A DNA stretch of 64,000 bases, taken from positions 96,001-160,000 of the forward strand of contig JAZDQA010000004.1 in assembly GCA_043797085.1 (NCBI GenBank), written 5' to 3'. The position numbers were made by a program, and so were the translations under genes. The notes under the pieces were generated by a model. The model saw only the letters and a program-made list of their open reading frames with translations, was not told where the DNA came from and did not search any database. Source of the stretch: Pseudomonadota bacterium. Lineage in GTDB: Bacteria; Campylobacterota; Campylobacteria; Campylobacterales; Sulfurimonadaceae. This document shows positions 39,910 through 48,395 of this stretch, one piece after another (position 1 is the first letter of the stretch; every line of letters begins with the position of its first letter).

Positions 39910-41595
39910 TTAAATGGCAGAAATTTTATATCTAGAAAGTTCTCTTCCTTTGGTATCGATCACATGAACCGCACACGCCAAACATGGATCAAACGAATGA
40001 ATCACCCGTAATACTTCCAACGGACGTTGGGCATCTGCGAGCTTTATTCCGATAAGCGATTCTTCATACACACCTCGCTGTCCCATAGCATCTCGCGGTG
40101 ATGCATTCCATGTCGTTGGTGCTACGACTTGATAGTTCGCGACTTTTGCATCTTCAATTCGTACAAAATGACCCAAGACACCTCTGGGAACTTCAAAAAT
40201 CCCTGCACCTTTGGATACACTTGGCAAGGCTTCAAAAACATACTTTGTCCATGTTTCTTCATCATAATATTTGATGTTTTCGATTAAATCGCTCATAAAA
40301 TCAAAAAGATAATCGCAGCATATCTGCGCTTCGACGGCACGCGCCGCATTGCGTCCGATGGTTGTCGAAAAATCGATCAGAGTCATTCCCGTATCTTTCA
40401 TAAAACGATCCATATAGGGTTTAATCACTTTAGAGTTTTTCACCACGCCCACGATCATGCGAGCAACAGGACCTACTTCCATCACTTTTCCGCCATAGCG
40501 AGGAGCTTTTACCCAGCTATATTTCCCCTCACTTTTGAGCGTTCCATCCTCATTCAAATCGGTATAAAACGGGACACTCTCTTGATCGTATGGCGAGCTT
40601 GGAAGAGCATCTTCATACCAAGATCGGGATGCTTCTTCTGTGATTTTAGACGGATCAAAAGGTTCTATCGCATCAAAGTAATGCCCTGTAACGACACCAC
40701 TTTCAAAAAGCTGTTCTTTTGAAGCAAATTGATACCCGCCGCAGCACATAAAGTTTCCGCTTCCGCGCCCTTCACCCATTTTGATCGATTCTTCGTATGC
40801 TTTTACCATCATCTTCATGTCAGGTATATACGCACGCTCCAAGAAATCACGCGTCTCTTTGATCAGAAACATAAAATCATTGAGCCGTTGAGGGTTGAGC
40901 ATGTCCACAACACTGGTAACGCCTCCAACAACTAGATTTTGAGGGTGCGGAGTTTTTCCGGCGAAAATAGCGATGGCTTTGGAAATGTCATGCTGAATCC
41001 GAAGCGCTTCGAGATAATGGTTCATATGGACCAAATTTTCTTCAGGAGTCAGCCGATAGCTCTCATGTCCCCAATAACCATTAGCAAAGAGTCCTAACCG
41101 CCCTGCTTTGACGAAACTGTTCAGCTTCTCTTTGACGCTTTCCAAATGCCCCTCAGAGTTTCGATAAGGGCGTTCGTGATACTGTTGTGCACTCTTGACC
41201 GCTTTAGAACAATCCGCCGTTAAGGCACTCGTAATATCCACAAAATCAAGTGAATGAAGATGATAATAGTGAATAATATGATCTTGGACAAAAAGAGAAA
41301 GAGAGACAAGATTACGGACAATCTCGGCATTTTGAGGTATCGTAAGCCCATAGGCATCCTCAACAGCACTGATTGAGGCACGGTAATGAACGTTAGTACA
41401 AACACCGCAAATACGCTGCGCGATAAGCCCTGCATCTCTTGGATCACGTCCTTGTAGAATAATCTCTATACCGCGAAACAGCTGTCCGGATGCCCATGCA
41501 TCGGTAACAATATTTTCATCATTCACTTCTACTTCTATACGTAAATGCCCTTCAATACGAGTGATAGGATCGATAACGATTTTACGGTTACTCAT
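39910..41595 (-). CDS. [NiFe]-hydrogenase large subunit, group-1-like
   Basis: DPITRIEGH, L1 QRICGVCTNVH, L2 SFDPCLACAVH plus cleavable tail; start ATG 41595 overlaps the upstream stop. Confidence 0.95.
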   Translation of the reverse strand: MSNRKIVIDPITRIEGHLRIEVEVNDENIVTDAWASGQLFRGIEIILQGRDPRDAGLIAQRICGVCTNVHYRASISAVEDAYGLTIPQNAEIVRNLVSLSLFVQDHIIHYYHLHSLDFVDITSALTADCSKAVKSAQQYHERPYRNSEGHLESVKEKLNSFVKAGRLGLFANGYWGHESYRLTPEENLVHMNHYLEALRIQHDISKAIAIFAGKTPHPQNLVVGGVTSVVDMLNPQRLNDFMFLIKETRDFLERAYIPDMKMMVKAYEESIKMGEGRGSGNFMCCGGYQFASKEQLFESGVVTGHYFDAIEPFDPSKITEEASRSWYEDALPSSPYDQESVPFYTDLNEDGTLKSEGKYSWVKAPRYGGKVMEVGPVARMIVGVVKNSKVIKPYMDRFMKDTGMTLIDFSTTIGRNAARAVEAQICCDYLFDFMSDLIENIKYYDEETWTKYVFEALPSVSKGAGIFEVPRGVLGHFVRIEDAKVANYQVVAPTTWNASPRDAMGQRGVYEESLIGIKLADAQRPLEVLRVIHSFDPCLACAVHVIDTKGRELSRYKISAI

Positions 41596-44014
41596 GCGGT
41601 TCCTTTGGAAGTGGTCGATTATTGGCATATTCGTCAAACGCGATCTTACCCGCACCGCAGGCAAAACATCCATGACCTGCTTGTACCGGCCAGCTAGTTC
41701 CCTCATTAAACTTTACTTGTGGGCAGTTCATTTGGGCATACGGTCCTTTGCATCCCATTTGAAACAAACACCACCCTTTTTTTGCCCCTTCATCCCCCCA
41801 TTCGAGGACAAACTCACCCAAATCAAAATGTCCGCGCCGTTCGCAGTTATCATGAACTAAAAAACCATACGCCCACTCAGGACGATTTTTGGCATCCAGT
41901 TTTGGAAATTCGTCAAACATCATAAAATGAAGCAATGTTCCTACAATATTGATTGGATTAACCGGACATCCGGGGAGATTGATAATGTCTTTTCGCCCCA
42001 GTGCTTCTGAAACTCCAACAGCACCGGTCGGATTAGGTGCGGCAGCTACGACACCGCCATCATACGCACACGATCCCACGGCGATGACAGCTGCCGCATC
42101 TTTTGCAACACGTTGAAGCAGTGCATGTCCTGTTTCCCCTTTTGGACCGATACGTAAATATTTTCCATCCAGACCAAGCGGTACTGCTCCCTCGACAATC
42201 AAGATGTATTTACCTTTGTCATATTTGATAATATTATCAAGCACGTTTTCCGATTCTTCACCCGATCCAGCCATTAGTAGCTCATGGTAATCAAGCGAAA
42301 TGTATTTAAGAATCAAATCATCGATTTTCGGATGAGATGATTTGATAAACCCTTCTGAATTTCCACTGCAATCAGAGAGTTCCAACCAGATGATAGGGAT
42401 TTTATTGAGCTGCGCAACCCCCTCTTTCACCACCTCTTCGAAATCAGGATGCAAATGCATCGTCGCCGTAATCATCGAAACCCATTGGTTATATTCTCGG
42501 CTCATATCAAAAGAAGCGATTGCTTCTTCAAGATTTTCGGCACTGAGCTGATTTTTAGGATGGATGGTATTGTATTTATTGATCCGTGCACGAACACGTT
42601 CCAGCTCCGCTTCTTTAAGCTTATTTTCTCGTTCCTCTCTAAGTCGTACAGCTTCTTCATGATTTACTGGCGTAGCCGCGATCAAAGCAGAAATATCTTG
42701 CTTGCAACGACCGCATACACGACCTGCATTGGTATACGGTTTAAGTTCGATAAATGAAGTAATAGCATTGAGCTTGATAATTTCAATGAGATCTTCTTCA
42801 TAAGCACTCTCACAACTGCAAACCAAACGACCCTTTGTGCTATTGAGACGATTTGAGTAAAAGTACGCCGGATCAATTGTCTCATTTTTTTCCATTAATT
42901 TCTTGAGATGGATCAAATCAATATTGGTATTAATACCGATAAAGCGCTGGAGGTGATCATGATTGATGATGTATTGATCGATTCGATTTTTATGGGTGAT
43001 GAGGATGGTTTCGTTCTCTGAATCTTTAGGATTATAATTTGGGGAACGCACATCAGCAAAAAGAAATGAACCCACTTTTAGCCCATCAATAGACACCGTT
43101 TGCTCAAAAGTTTTTCTTTCTAGCCCCAACAATGTGTTAATAGCAACATCAGCTTGCAATGTACATTCTTTTACTCGTCCGGCAATAAATCCATTTTTAC
43201 GCAATTGTGCTGCTTCACCGACACAATAAATATCAGGATTAGAGGTACGCATTGTGTCGTCTACTAAAATACCTTTGTCACAATCGAGCACTCCACGGGC
43301 GAAAGAGACATTAGGATCAATCCCTGCTCCAAAAATAAGAAAAAGATTGTCAATCGTTCTATGACGCGTTTGGATTTCAGTGATTTCATTTTTATTAACT
43401 TTTTTACTGACTATCTCATCATTAAAATCGATTCGTATTCGTGGATCTTGTTCGAAAATTCCTCGTAGCAGTGCAATCCCCTCTCGACTTAAATCCGATG
43501 AATAAAGATGCTCTTTTCGAGCAAGTAAAGTAATTGATTCTGGGAATGGACTGCGCATCAGTGTATCAAGAAGTTCCAGCCCGATAGGTCCAACTCCCAC
43601 TATCACGATATTCTTTCCGATTATTCCTTGCTCTATTTTTGTACACTCTTTTTCACTTCGAAACGTCGATGCATTCTTGATTCCCTGAATATCAAAAGGT
43701 GCTTTAGGCTGAGATCCGGTTGCAATTATGAGTTTATCATAGGAAAATGCTGCATGTTCACTTAAAATACGTTTGGTTGAGACATCAATACCGACAATTG
43801 CCTGATTGAGTTCCAAACGTACTTTAGGATCAAGATCAAGGGTAATCGACTCAACGCATTGGCTTTTTTCCACAAGAGCGCAAAGATGAATTCGGTCATA
43901 CGGAGAATGAGATTCCTCAGATACAATCAGAACCTCACACGAACGATCCTTTTGCAATAACGTGTTAGCAAGATATACAGCAGATATTCCACCGCCTACA
44001 ATCACAATCCGCAT
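41588..44014 (-). CDS. Fusion of NirB-like FAD/NAD(P)H oxidoreductase, BFD [2Fe-2S] domain and [NiFe]-hydrogenase small subunit
   Basis: GGGISA, ATGS, GVGPIG, YCVGE; CSC...CGRC; WLELSDCSGN, VEGAVP, GSCA, LPGCP, HDNC, GWCLFQMGCKGP, HGCFAC. Confidence 0.92.
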   Translation of the reverse strand: MRIVIVGGGISAVYLANTLLQKDRSCEVLIVSEESHSPYDRIHLCALVEKSQCVESITLDLDPKVRLELNQAIVGIDVSTKRILSEHAAFSYDKLIIATGSQPKAPFDIQGIKNASTFRSEKECTKIEQGIIGKNIVIVGVGPIGLELLDTLMRSPFPESITLLARKEHLYSSDLSREGIALLRGIFEQDPRIRIDFNDEIVSKKVNKNEITEIQTRHRTIDNLFLIFGAGIDPNVSFARGVLDCDKGILVDDTMRTSNPDIYCVGEAAQLRKNGFIAGRVKECTLQADVAINTLLGLERKTFEQTVSIDGLKVGSFLFADVRSPNYNPKDSENETILITHKNRIDQYIINHDHLQRFIGINTNIDLIHLKKLMEKNETIDPAYFYSNRLNSTKGRLVCSCESAYEEDLIEIIKLNAITSFIELKPYTNAGRVCGRCKQDISALIAATPVNHEEAVRLREERENKLKEAELERVRARINKYNTIHPKNQLSAENLEEAIASFDMSREYNQWVSMITATMHLHPDFEEVVKEGVAQLNKIPIIWLELSDCSGNSEGFIKSSHPKIDDLILKYISLDYHELLMAGSGEESENVLDNIIKYDKGKYILIVEGAVPLGLDGKYLRIGPKGETGHALLQRVAKDAAAVIAVGSCAYDGGVVAAAPNPTGAVGVSEALGRKDIINLPGCPVNPINIVGTLLHFMMFDEFPKLDAKNRPEWAYGFLVHDNCERRGHFDLGEFVLEWGDEGAKKGWCLFQMGCKGPYAQMNCPQVKFNEGTSWPVQAGHGCFACGAGKIAFDEYANNRPLPKEPHE

Positions 44015-44102
44015 TCTTTATCCTTGTTATGAACTCTTCACTATTATGCCACATCAATGATAAGTCACGATAAAATAAACACCAATTAGTTATACTTTCA
44101 GT

Positions 44103-44309
44103 ATGGAATCAACTAAAGAGCAACTTATCAGCGATATTCAAAATTTACTGAACCGTTACGACGGATTAAAACCAACAACAATAAATCCAAATCTTTTGCA
44201 ATTTATGGACAAACCAACTCTTCTGCAAATCATTAACTCCGTGTTAAAGCAGCAAGAAAACGCAAATGAAGACAATGTTGAGTGGTTACAACAATTTAAA
44301 ACGATATAA
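44103..44309 (+). CDS. Small hypothetical protein
   Basis: 68-aa ORF occupying an intergenic gap, with upstream TATACT. Confidence 0.6.
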   Translation: MESTKEQLISDIQNLLNRYDGLKPTTINPNLLQFMDKPTLLQIINSVLKQQENANEDNVEWLQQFKTI

Positions 44310-44417
44310 TTTTCTTTTTTAATATTGTTAATAACTGTTTTAGAATATAATTACACTGTAAATTACAATGACATTTTTTAACATGTTGTTGAATATCATA
44401 TTTTAGGAGCCTTACCT

Positions 44418-44963
44418 ATGTCTAATATTGACTTGATCCAACTTACAGAACAAACCAAAAAACTTACAGCAATGGTTGTAGAAGACGAAGTGGTAGCCAA
44501 TGACCTTCTAAGTTCTACGTTTAAAAACTTTTTTGCAGATGTAACATCTGCTTATAATGGTGCAGAAGCTTTACGTGTATACGAAAAAATGAATCCGGAC
44601 ATCGTATTTGTTGACATTATCATGCCAGAAATTGATGGTATCGAACTTTCTCGCCGTATTCGTGCGATCAATCCATCACAAATCATTATCGTTATTTCAG
44701 CAAGTAATGATATTCAAAAGATTTCAGAATCAATCGAAGTTGGTGTAAACAGCTTTATCCAAAAGCCAATCGATACTAAAAAAATTCTTGAAATGCTTCA
44801 CAATATCGTTTCCCTTATCTCTAAGCGTAAGAAAATAGAAACAAAAACATTTTCAATCTCATTGCCATTAGATGTATATGAATTGGTAGATGACAATGCA
44901 AAAGCAGAGAGTATCTCTAAAAATGCTGTTATCATCCGTGCATTGCGTTCATTTTACAACTAA
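44418..44963 (+). CDS. Response regulator with C-terminal ribbon-helix-helix-like domain
   Basis: VVEDE, VDIIMP..DG, ISA, KP; tail TFSISLPLDVYELVD..AKAESISKNAVIIRALR. Confidence 0.85.
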   Translation: MSNIDLIQLTEQTKKLTAMVVEDEVVANDLLSSTFKNFFADVTSAYNGAEALRVYEKMNPDIVFVDIIMPEIDGIELSRRIRAINPSQIIIVISASNDIQKISESIEVGVNSFIQKPIDTKKILEMLHNIVSLISKRKKIETKTFSISLPLDVYELVDDNAKAESISKNAVIIRALRSFYN

Positions 44964-44980
44964 ATTTTCCTAAGTTTTAG

Positions 44981-45004
44981 ATCATAATGGATTTCCATTA
45001 TGAT
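44981..45004 (+). terminator. Hairpin after the response regulator
   Basis: ATCATAATGG-ATTT-CCATTATGAT followed by a T-rich tract. Confidence 0.6.
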
Positions 45005-45066
45005 TTAGCTTTTTTTCAGCTTTTTATCACTATAATTTCGGCTCAGGAATTAATTCCTACAAAAGT

Positions 45067-45141
45067 GGCTCCATCATCTAATGGTTAGGATTTCAGATTT
45101 TCATTCTGGTCATAGGGGTTCAAATCCCCTTGGAGTCACCA
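45067..45141 (+). tRNA. tRNA-Glu(TTC)
   Basis: GGCTCCA/TGGAGTC acceptor stem, TCAGA-TT-TTC-AT-TCTGG anticodon arm, GGTTCAAATCC T arm, encoded CCA; TATAAT at 45031. Confidence 0.96.
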
Positions 45142-45189
45142 TAACACTTTCCCTACACAACGTACTTTCAACCACTTTAAGCTTTATTG

Positions 45190-45215
45190 GGTCTCCGCTT
45201 GGGTCTCCACTTTTT
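45190..45215 (+). repeat. Paired GGTCTCC repeats, candidate integrase arm sites (left)
   Basis: GGTCTCC at 45190 and 45202 (12-bp period); GGTCTCCACTTTTT also occurs at 50445. Confidence 0.65.
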
Positions 45216-45238
45216 TCTTTAAGTTTTCATTATTAACC

Positions 45239-45499
45239 CTATCCTATTTGATTTTTTGCTATCAACTTATTCACTTCTACGATCTTATAAAAGAGTTTTC
45301 CTCCGAATTTATAATATGGTATTTCATTATTCATCCTCATTTTTGCCAATGTCGATTTATTGAATGCGAAAAGGCTAATTAATTCAGCCTCCGTTGCAAA
45401 CTCTTTTTCAGGTTGTATCAGTGCTTTTAACTGCTCCATTATTTTGTTCTGAAACACCACTAAGTCACTTTTAGTAATCAGGTCAATTGTTGCCATCAC
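45239..45499 (-). CDS. Excisionase-like HTH protein
   Basis: 86 aa; KSTLAKMR..NEIPYYKFGGKLFY, Xis/HTH_17-like. Confidence 0.8.
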   Translation of the reverse strand: MMATIDLITKSDLVVFQNKIMEQLKALIQPEKEFATEAELISLFAFNKSTLAKMRMNNEIPYYKFGGKLFYKIVEVNKLIAKNQIG

Positions 45500-45508
45500 C
45501 CTGCTCCA

Positions 45509-46822
45509 TTAAAATACAATCTCTTCAGATATATCACGTTTTTCTATTTCGTCCCGAATATCTTGCAAATGTTTAAACGCATTGTCATATGCCATAAACG
45601 GCTCTTCCATTTCACTTTCCATGAAACGCAAATGTTCTAGTAACTCATAGTCAGTTAGCATCTCTAATCTTGGAAATCTATAGGGAGCAAGATATTGTTT
45701 ATAAATAAGCTTGTAGCTAAACTTAAACTCTTTTTTCTTAAGACGCTCTAACTCAGATTGTACTTTTCCATAAAACTGTTCATCAAGAATAACACCATCA
45801 ATATCACATCGTCTATTAAATGCTAAAAAATCTTTGATTGCTTCTGTTTCAGAATATGTTCTAATTTTTCGTTTCAGCCGATGAAGCGGTAAGTCTAATT
45901 GTAAAAAATTCTCAAGCGCGTAGCTCTCTTTTAAGTAAGTCCATAATGGCAGTGTTGTAGCACGGTTCTTATTATTTGAATTTTTCTCATTCTCCGTAAT
46001 ACTGGAAAGATCAACTAAACGTAAAGCATCCATACAGTCTCTAAAGAGCGCATCGGCTTGTTTAAATAAATCGTCAATCGTATTAATGCCATACACTCGA
46101 AGCAAATGCTCGCGATGCATCTCAAACTCAAGATTAAACACCGTTTTTCTTATTTCAAAGCCATTATTTAAGAAATGTTCCCACATCATTTCGTATTTAT
46201 CCGTACGTTCCAGCTCTAAGCTTTTATTGTACATTCGTAAAAGAAACGGCTTTTTTCCAATATAAAGAGTTTGCATTCCATATTTGGACGCAATTTCTTT
46301 AGAAATCGTTTGGTAAATACGTTTACGCGTCACAAACATTTCTTTTGTGATCCATGAAAAATCATCTTGAACAAAGATATTCAAATCCGCACGGGTTATC
46401 GGCTTAAGTCCAGTTATAAAACCATCAAGTAAGTCATCAATAAGTTTCACGATTGCTTTAATGCCAAAAGTATAAATACCTTTCGCGTTTAGCTGAACTT
46501 GAATATTGTGAAGGTTCTTATTTTTAGTTGGGTCTTTGAAAGCAATACGAAAAAGCGAATCTGAATGTTTTAACCAATAAAACCCTTGATCTTTACCTGA
46601 AAAAACTAGCTGTTGTTCATTGATCGTGATTGATATGTCAGAATATTTATACATCGTATTATTCTTTTCAAGTTGTGACTTCTTCTCTTCAATCTGATCG
46701 ATTATGTCTAAAAAAAGATCGTCATAGTATGAATTAGTTTGATAAAAATAGTAGAGAGTATCAATCCCACTAATTGTTTTTGGTAAATGTGTTAATTTGA
46801 GTTCACTATTGAGATTAAGCAT
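45509..46822 (-). CDS. Rolling-circle replication initiation protein (Rep_trans-like)
   Basis: SGIDTLY, ITRADLNI, TLYIGK, LRMYNK, NLEFEM motifs in the order expected for Rep_trans. Confidence 0.75.
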   Translation of the reverse strand: MLNLNSELKLTHLPKTISGIDTLYYFYQTNSYYDDLFLDIIDQIEEKKSQLEKNNTMYKYSDISITINEQQLVFSGKDQGFYWLKHSDSLFRIAFKDPTKNKNLHNIQVQLNAKGIYTFGIKAIVKLIDDLLDGFITGLKPITRADLNIFVQDDFSWITKEMFVTRKRIYQTISKEIASKYGMQTLYIGKKPFLLRMYNKSLELERTDKYEMMWEHFLNNGFEIRKTVFNLEFEMHREHLLRVYGINTIDDLFKQADALFRDCMDALRLVDLSSITENEKNSNNKNRATTLPLWTYLKESYALENFLQLDLPLHRLKRKIRTYSETEAIKDFLAFNRRCDIDGVILDEQFYGKVQSELERLKKKEFKFSYKLIYKQYLAPYRFPRLEMLTDYELLEHLRFMESEMEEPFMAYDNAFKHLQDIRDEIEKRDISEEIVF

Positions 46823-46861
46823 CTGATGTCCTTATTTTGTATTATGTATGATGTTTAGATA

Positions 46862-47331
46862 GGAGTGTTACTAGAACGCTCCCAACAAGATCGAAATTAA
46901 TCGATCACAGCCCGAACCTGCGAAAATATTTTCTAAATGTTTAAACAGTGAAATAGTAGTTTTTTTTGAGATTGTCGGGAATAGCGACATTTTGCTGTTT
47001 GAAAGTACCTTGTTGTGGGAGCTATAGAGGGCTCATTGTCGCTATTAGCGACATATCGATTATTTAGACAGAGAAAAATTGGTGCAAGTGTTTGGCGCTT
47101 CGGCCAGCGAATAGCCTTATTTGACGCATAAAGTTGTATTAAAGGGTTTCGCCTACGGCGAGGCTCTGGAAGAAGAAGTATTACGTTGTGGCGAAGAGGC
47201 TTAATCGGCCTAAGTCACCGCGTCTCGGGACAGAGTCCCACGCGGTTTGGCTTGGTCAGGCCTTAGCTAGTGTTACGTTTGGTGTACGCGCGTTTGCGCT
47301 TCCGCATATCGGGTCAGGGGGAATATCCCCC
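46862..47331. other. Candidate replication origin region (hairpins and palindromic repeats)
   Basis: Hairpins at 46862-46882, 47207-47262 and 47317-47331; 20-bp repeats at 46971 and 47035. Confidence 0.55.
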
Positions 47332-47417
47332 GCAGACAGCCCCCTCATAAATGAAAAACCTAATATAAGATATCTTAGTTATACTACTTACAAAATATAT
47401 TTTTAGGAAAAAGCATT

Positions 47418-48392
47418 ATGAATTTACCTGCTACTGATTTAACACAAGGTGATTATAAATGTTACCTAGCTGTCATGGATGCAAAAACTGTCTATGAACA
47501 TTCAATTGTATCAAGAGCAGTTGATGATCCTGACAAAGGTTATCAAAGACACTTAGATGAGAAACGGGCAAAAGATATTGCGAATTATTTAGATGATGGT
47601 AATGTCATTCCAGGTTGTATAATTCTTAGTGCTCAAGAATCGGCAAAACTGACTTTTGAGAATGCTAGTATTACTTTTGATGATACTGCAAGTGACGCTT
47701 TTTTTGTTATTGACGGTCAACATAGGCTGTATGGTTCACACATGGCAACTACAGATATAAATTTACCTGTGTACATCTTTCAAGGTTTAGAGATCCAAGA
47801 AGAAATTCAATTGTTTTTAGATGTAAATTCAAAACAAAAAGGTGTGCCAAAAACACTTCGAATAGCTTTGACAAAATTTTTAAATGAACCAGAATCTATC
47901 GAACAAATTCGTCTTGAACTATTTAATAAATTAAATACAGATCCTGAATCACCCTTATTTAACCGATTAAGTAGCTCAACATCTGTTGCAGGAAAATTAT
48001 CACAAGTACCTTTTCAAGATGCGATCAACCCCGTATTAGAAACAAATGTTATGAAAGCATTAGAGTTCGATAAAAAATATATACTCCTTGTAAATATTTT
48101 AAATGCAGCTTCAGATATTCTTACTGAAACATTAGGTGATTCAAAAAGGCTTACCACTACAGTCTTCTTTATTTCACTATTTAAAAACTTTGAATTAATA
48201 TGTAACTTTGCATTAATGTCAGGAGGATATAAATATGAAAACTTTCAAGGGGCAATCCAGCCACTTAAATATATCGATTTTGAAGGCTATGCAGGTACAG
48301 GAAGTGCAGCAAATAAACTAATGACAGATGCAATGAGACAACTCATAGAAAGTCATTATCATAAATTAAATAATGTCGATAACTTATTTTAA
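47418..48392 (+). CDS. DGQHR-domain (DndB-like) protein
   Basis: GYQR.LD..R...IA.YL, IDGQHR, LFLDVN..QK.V. Confidence 0.9.
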   Translation: MNLPATDLTQGDYKCYLAVMDAKTVYEHSIVSRAVDDPDKGYQRHLDEKRAKDIANYLDDGNVIPGCIILSAQESAKLTFENASITFDDTASDAFFVIDGQHRLYGSHMATTDINLPVYIFQGLEIQEEIQLFLDVNSKQKGVPKTLRIALTKFLNEPESIEQIRLELFNKLNTDPESPLFNRLSSSTSVAGKLSQVPFQDAINPVLETNVMKALEFDKKYILLVNILNAASDILTETLGDSKRLTTTVFFISLFKNFELICNFALMSGGYKYENFQGAIQPLKYIDFEGYAGTGSAANKLMTDAMRQLIESHYHKLNNVDNLF

Positions 48393-48395
48393 TAT

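Noticed and set aside
41596..41706. ORF-track N-terminal extension of the hydrogenase large subunit
   Set aside because: It overlaps the small-subunit C-terminus; homology and RBS point to ATG 41595
47188..47406. 72-aa ORF in the island
   Set aside because: It lies over GC-rich hairpins and has no recognisable features; probably non-coding origin DNA
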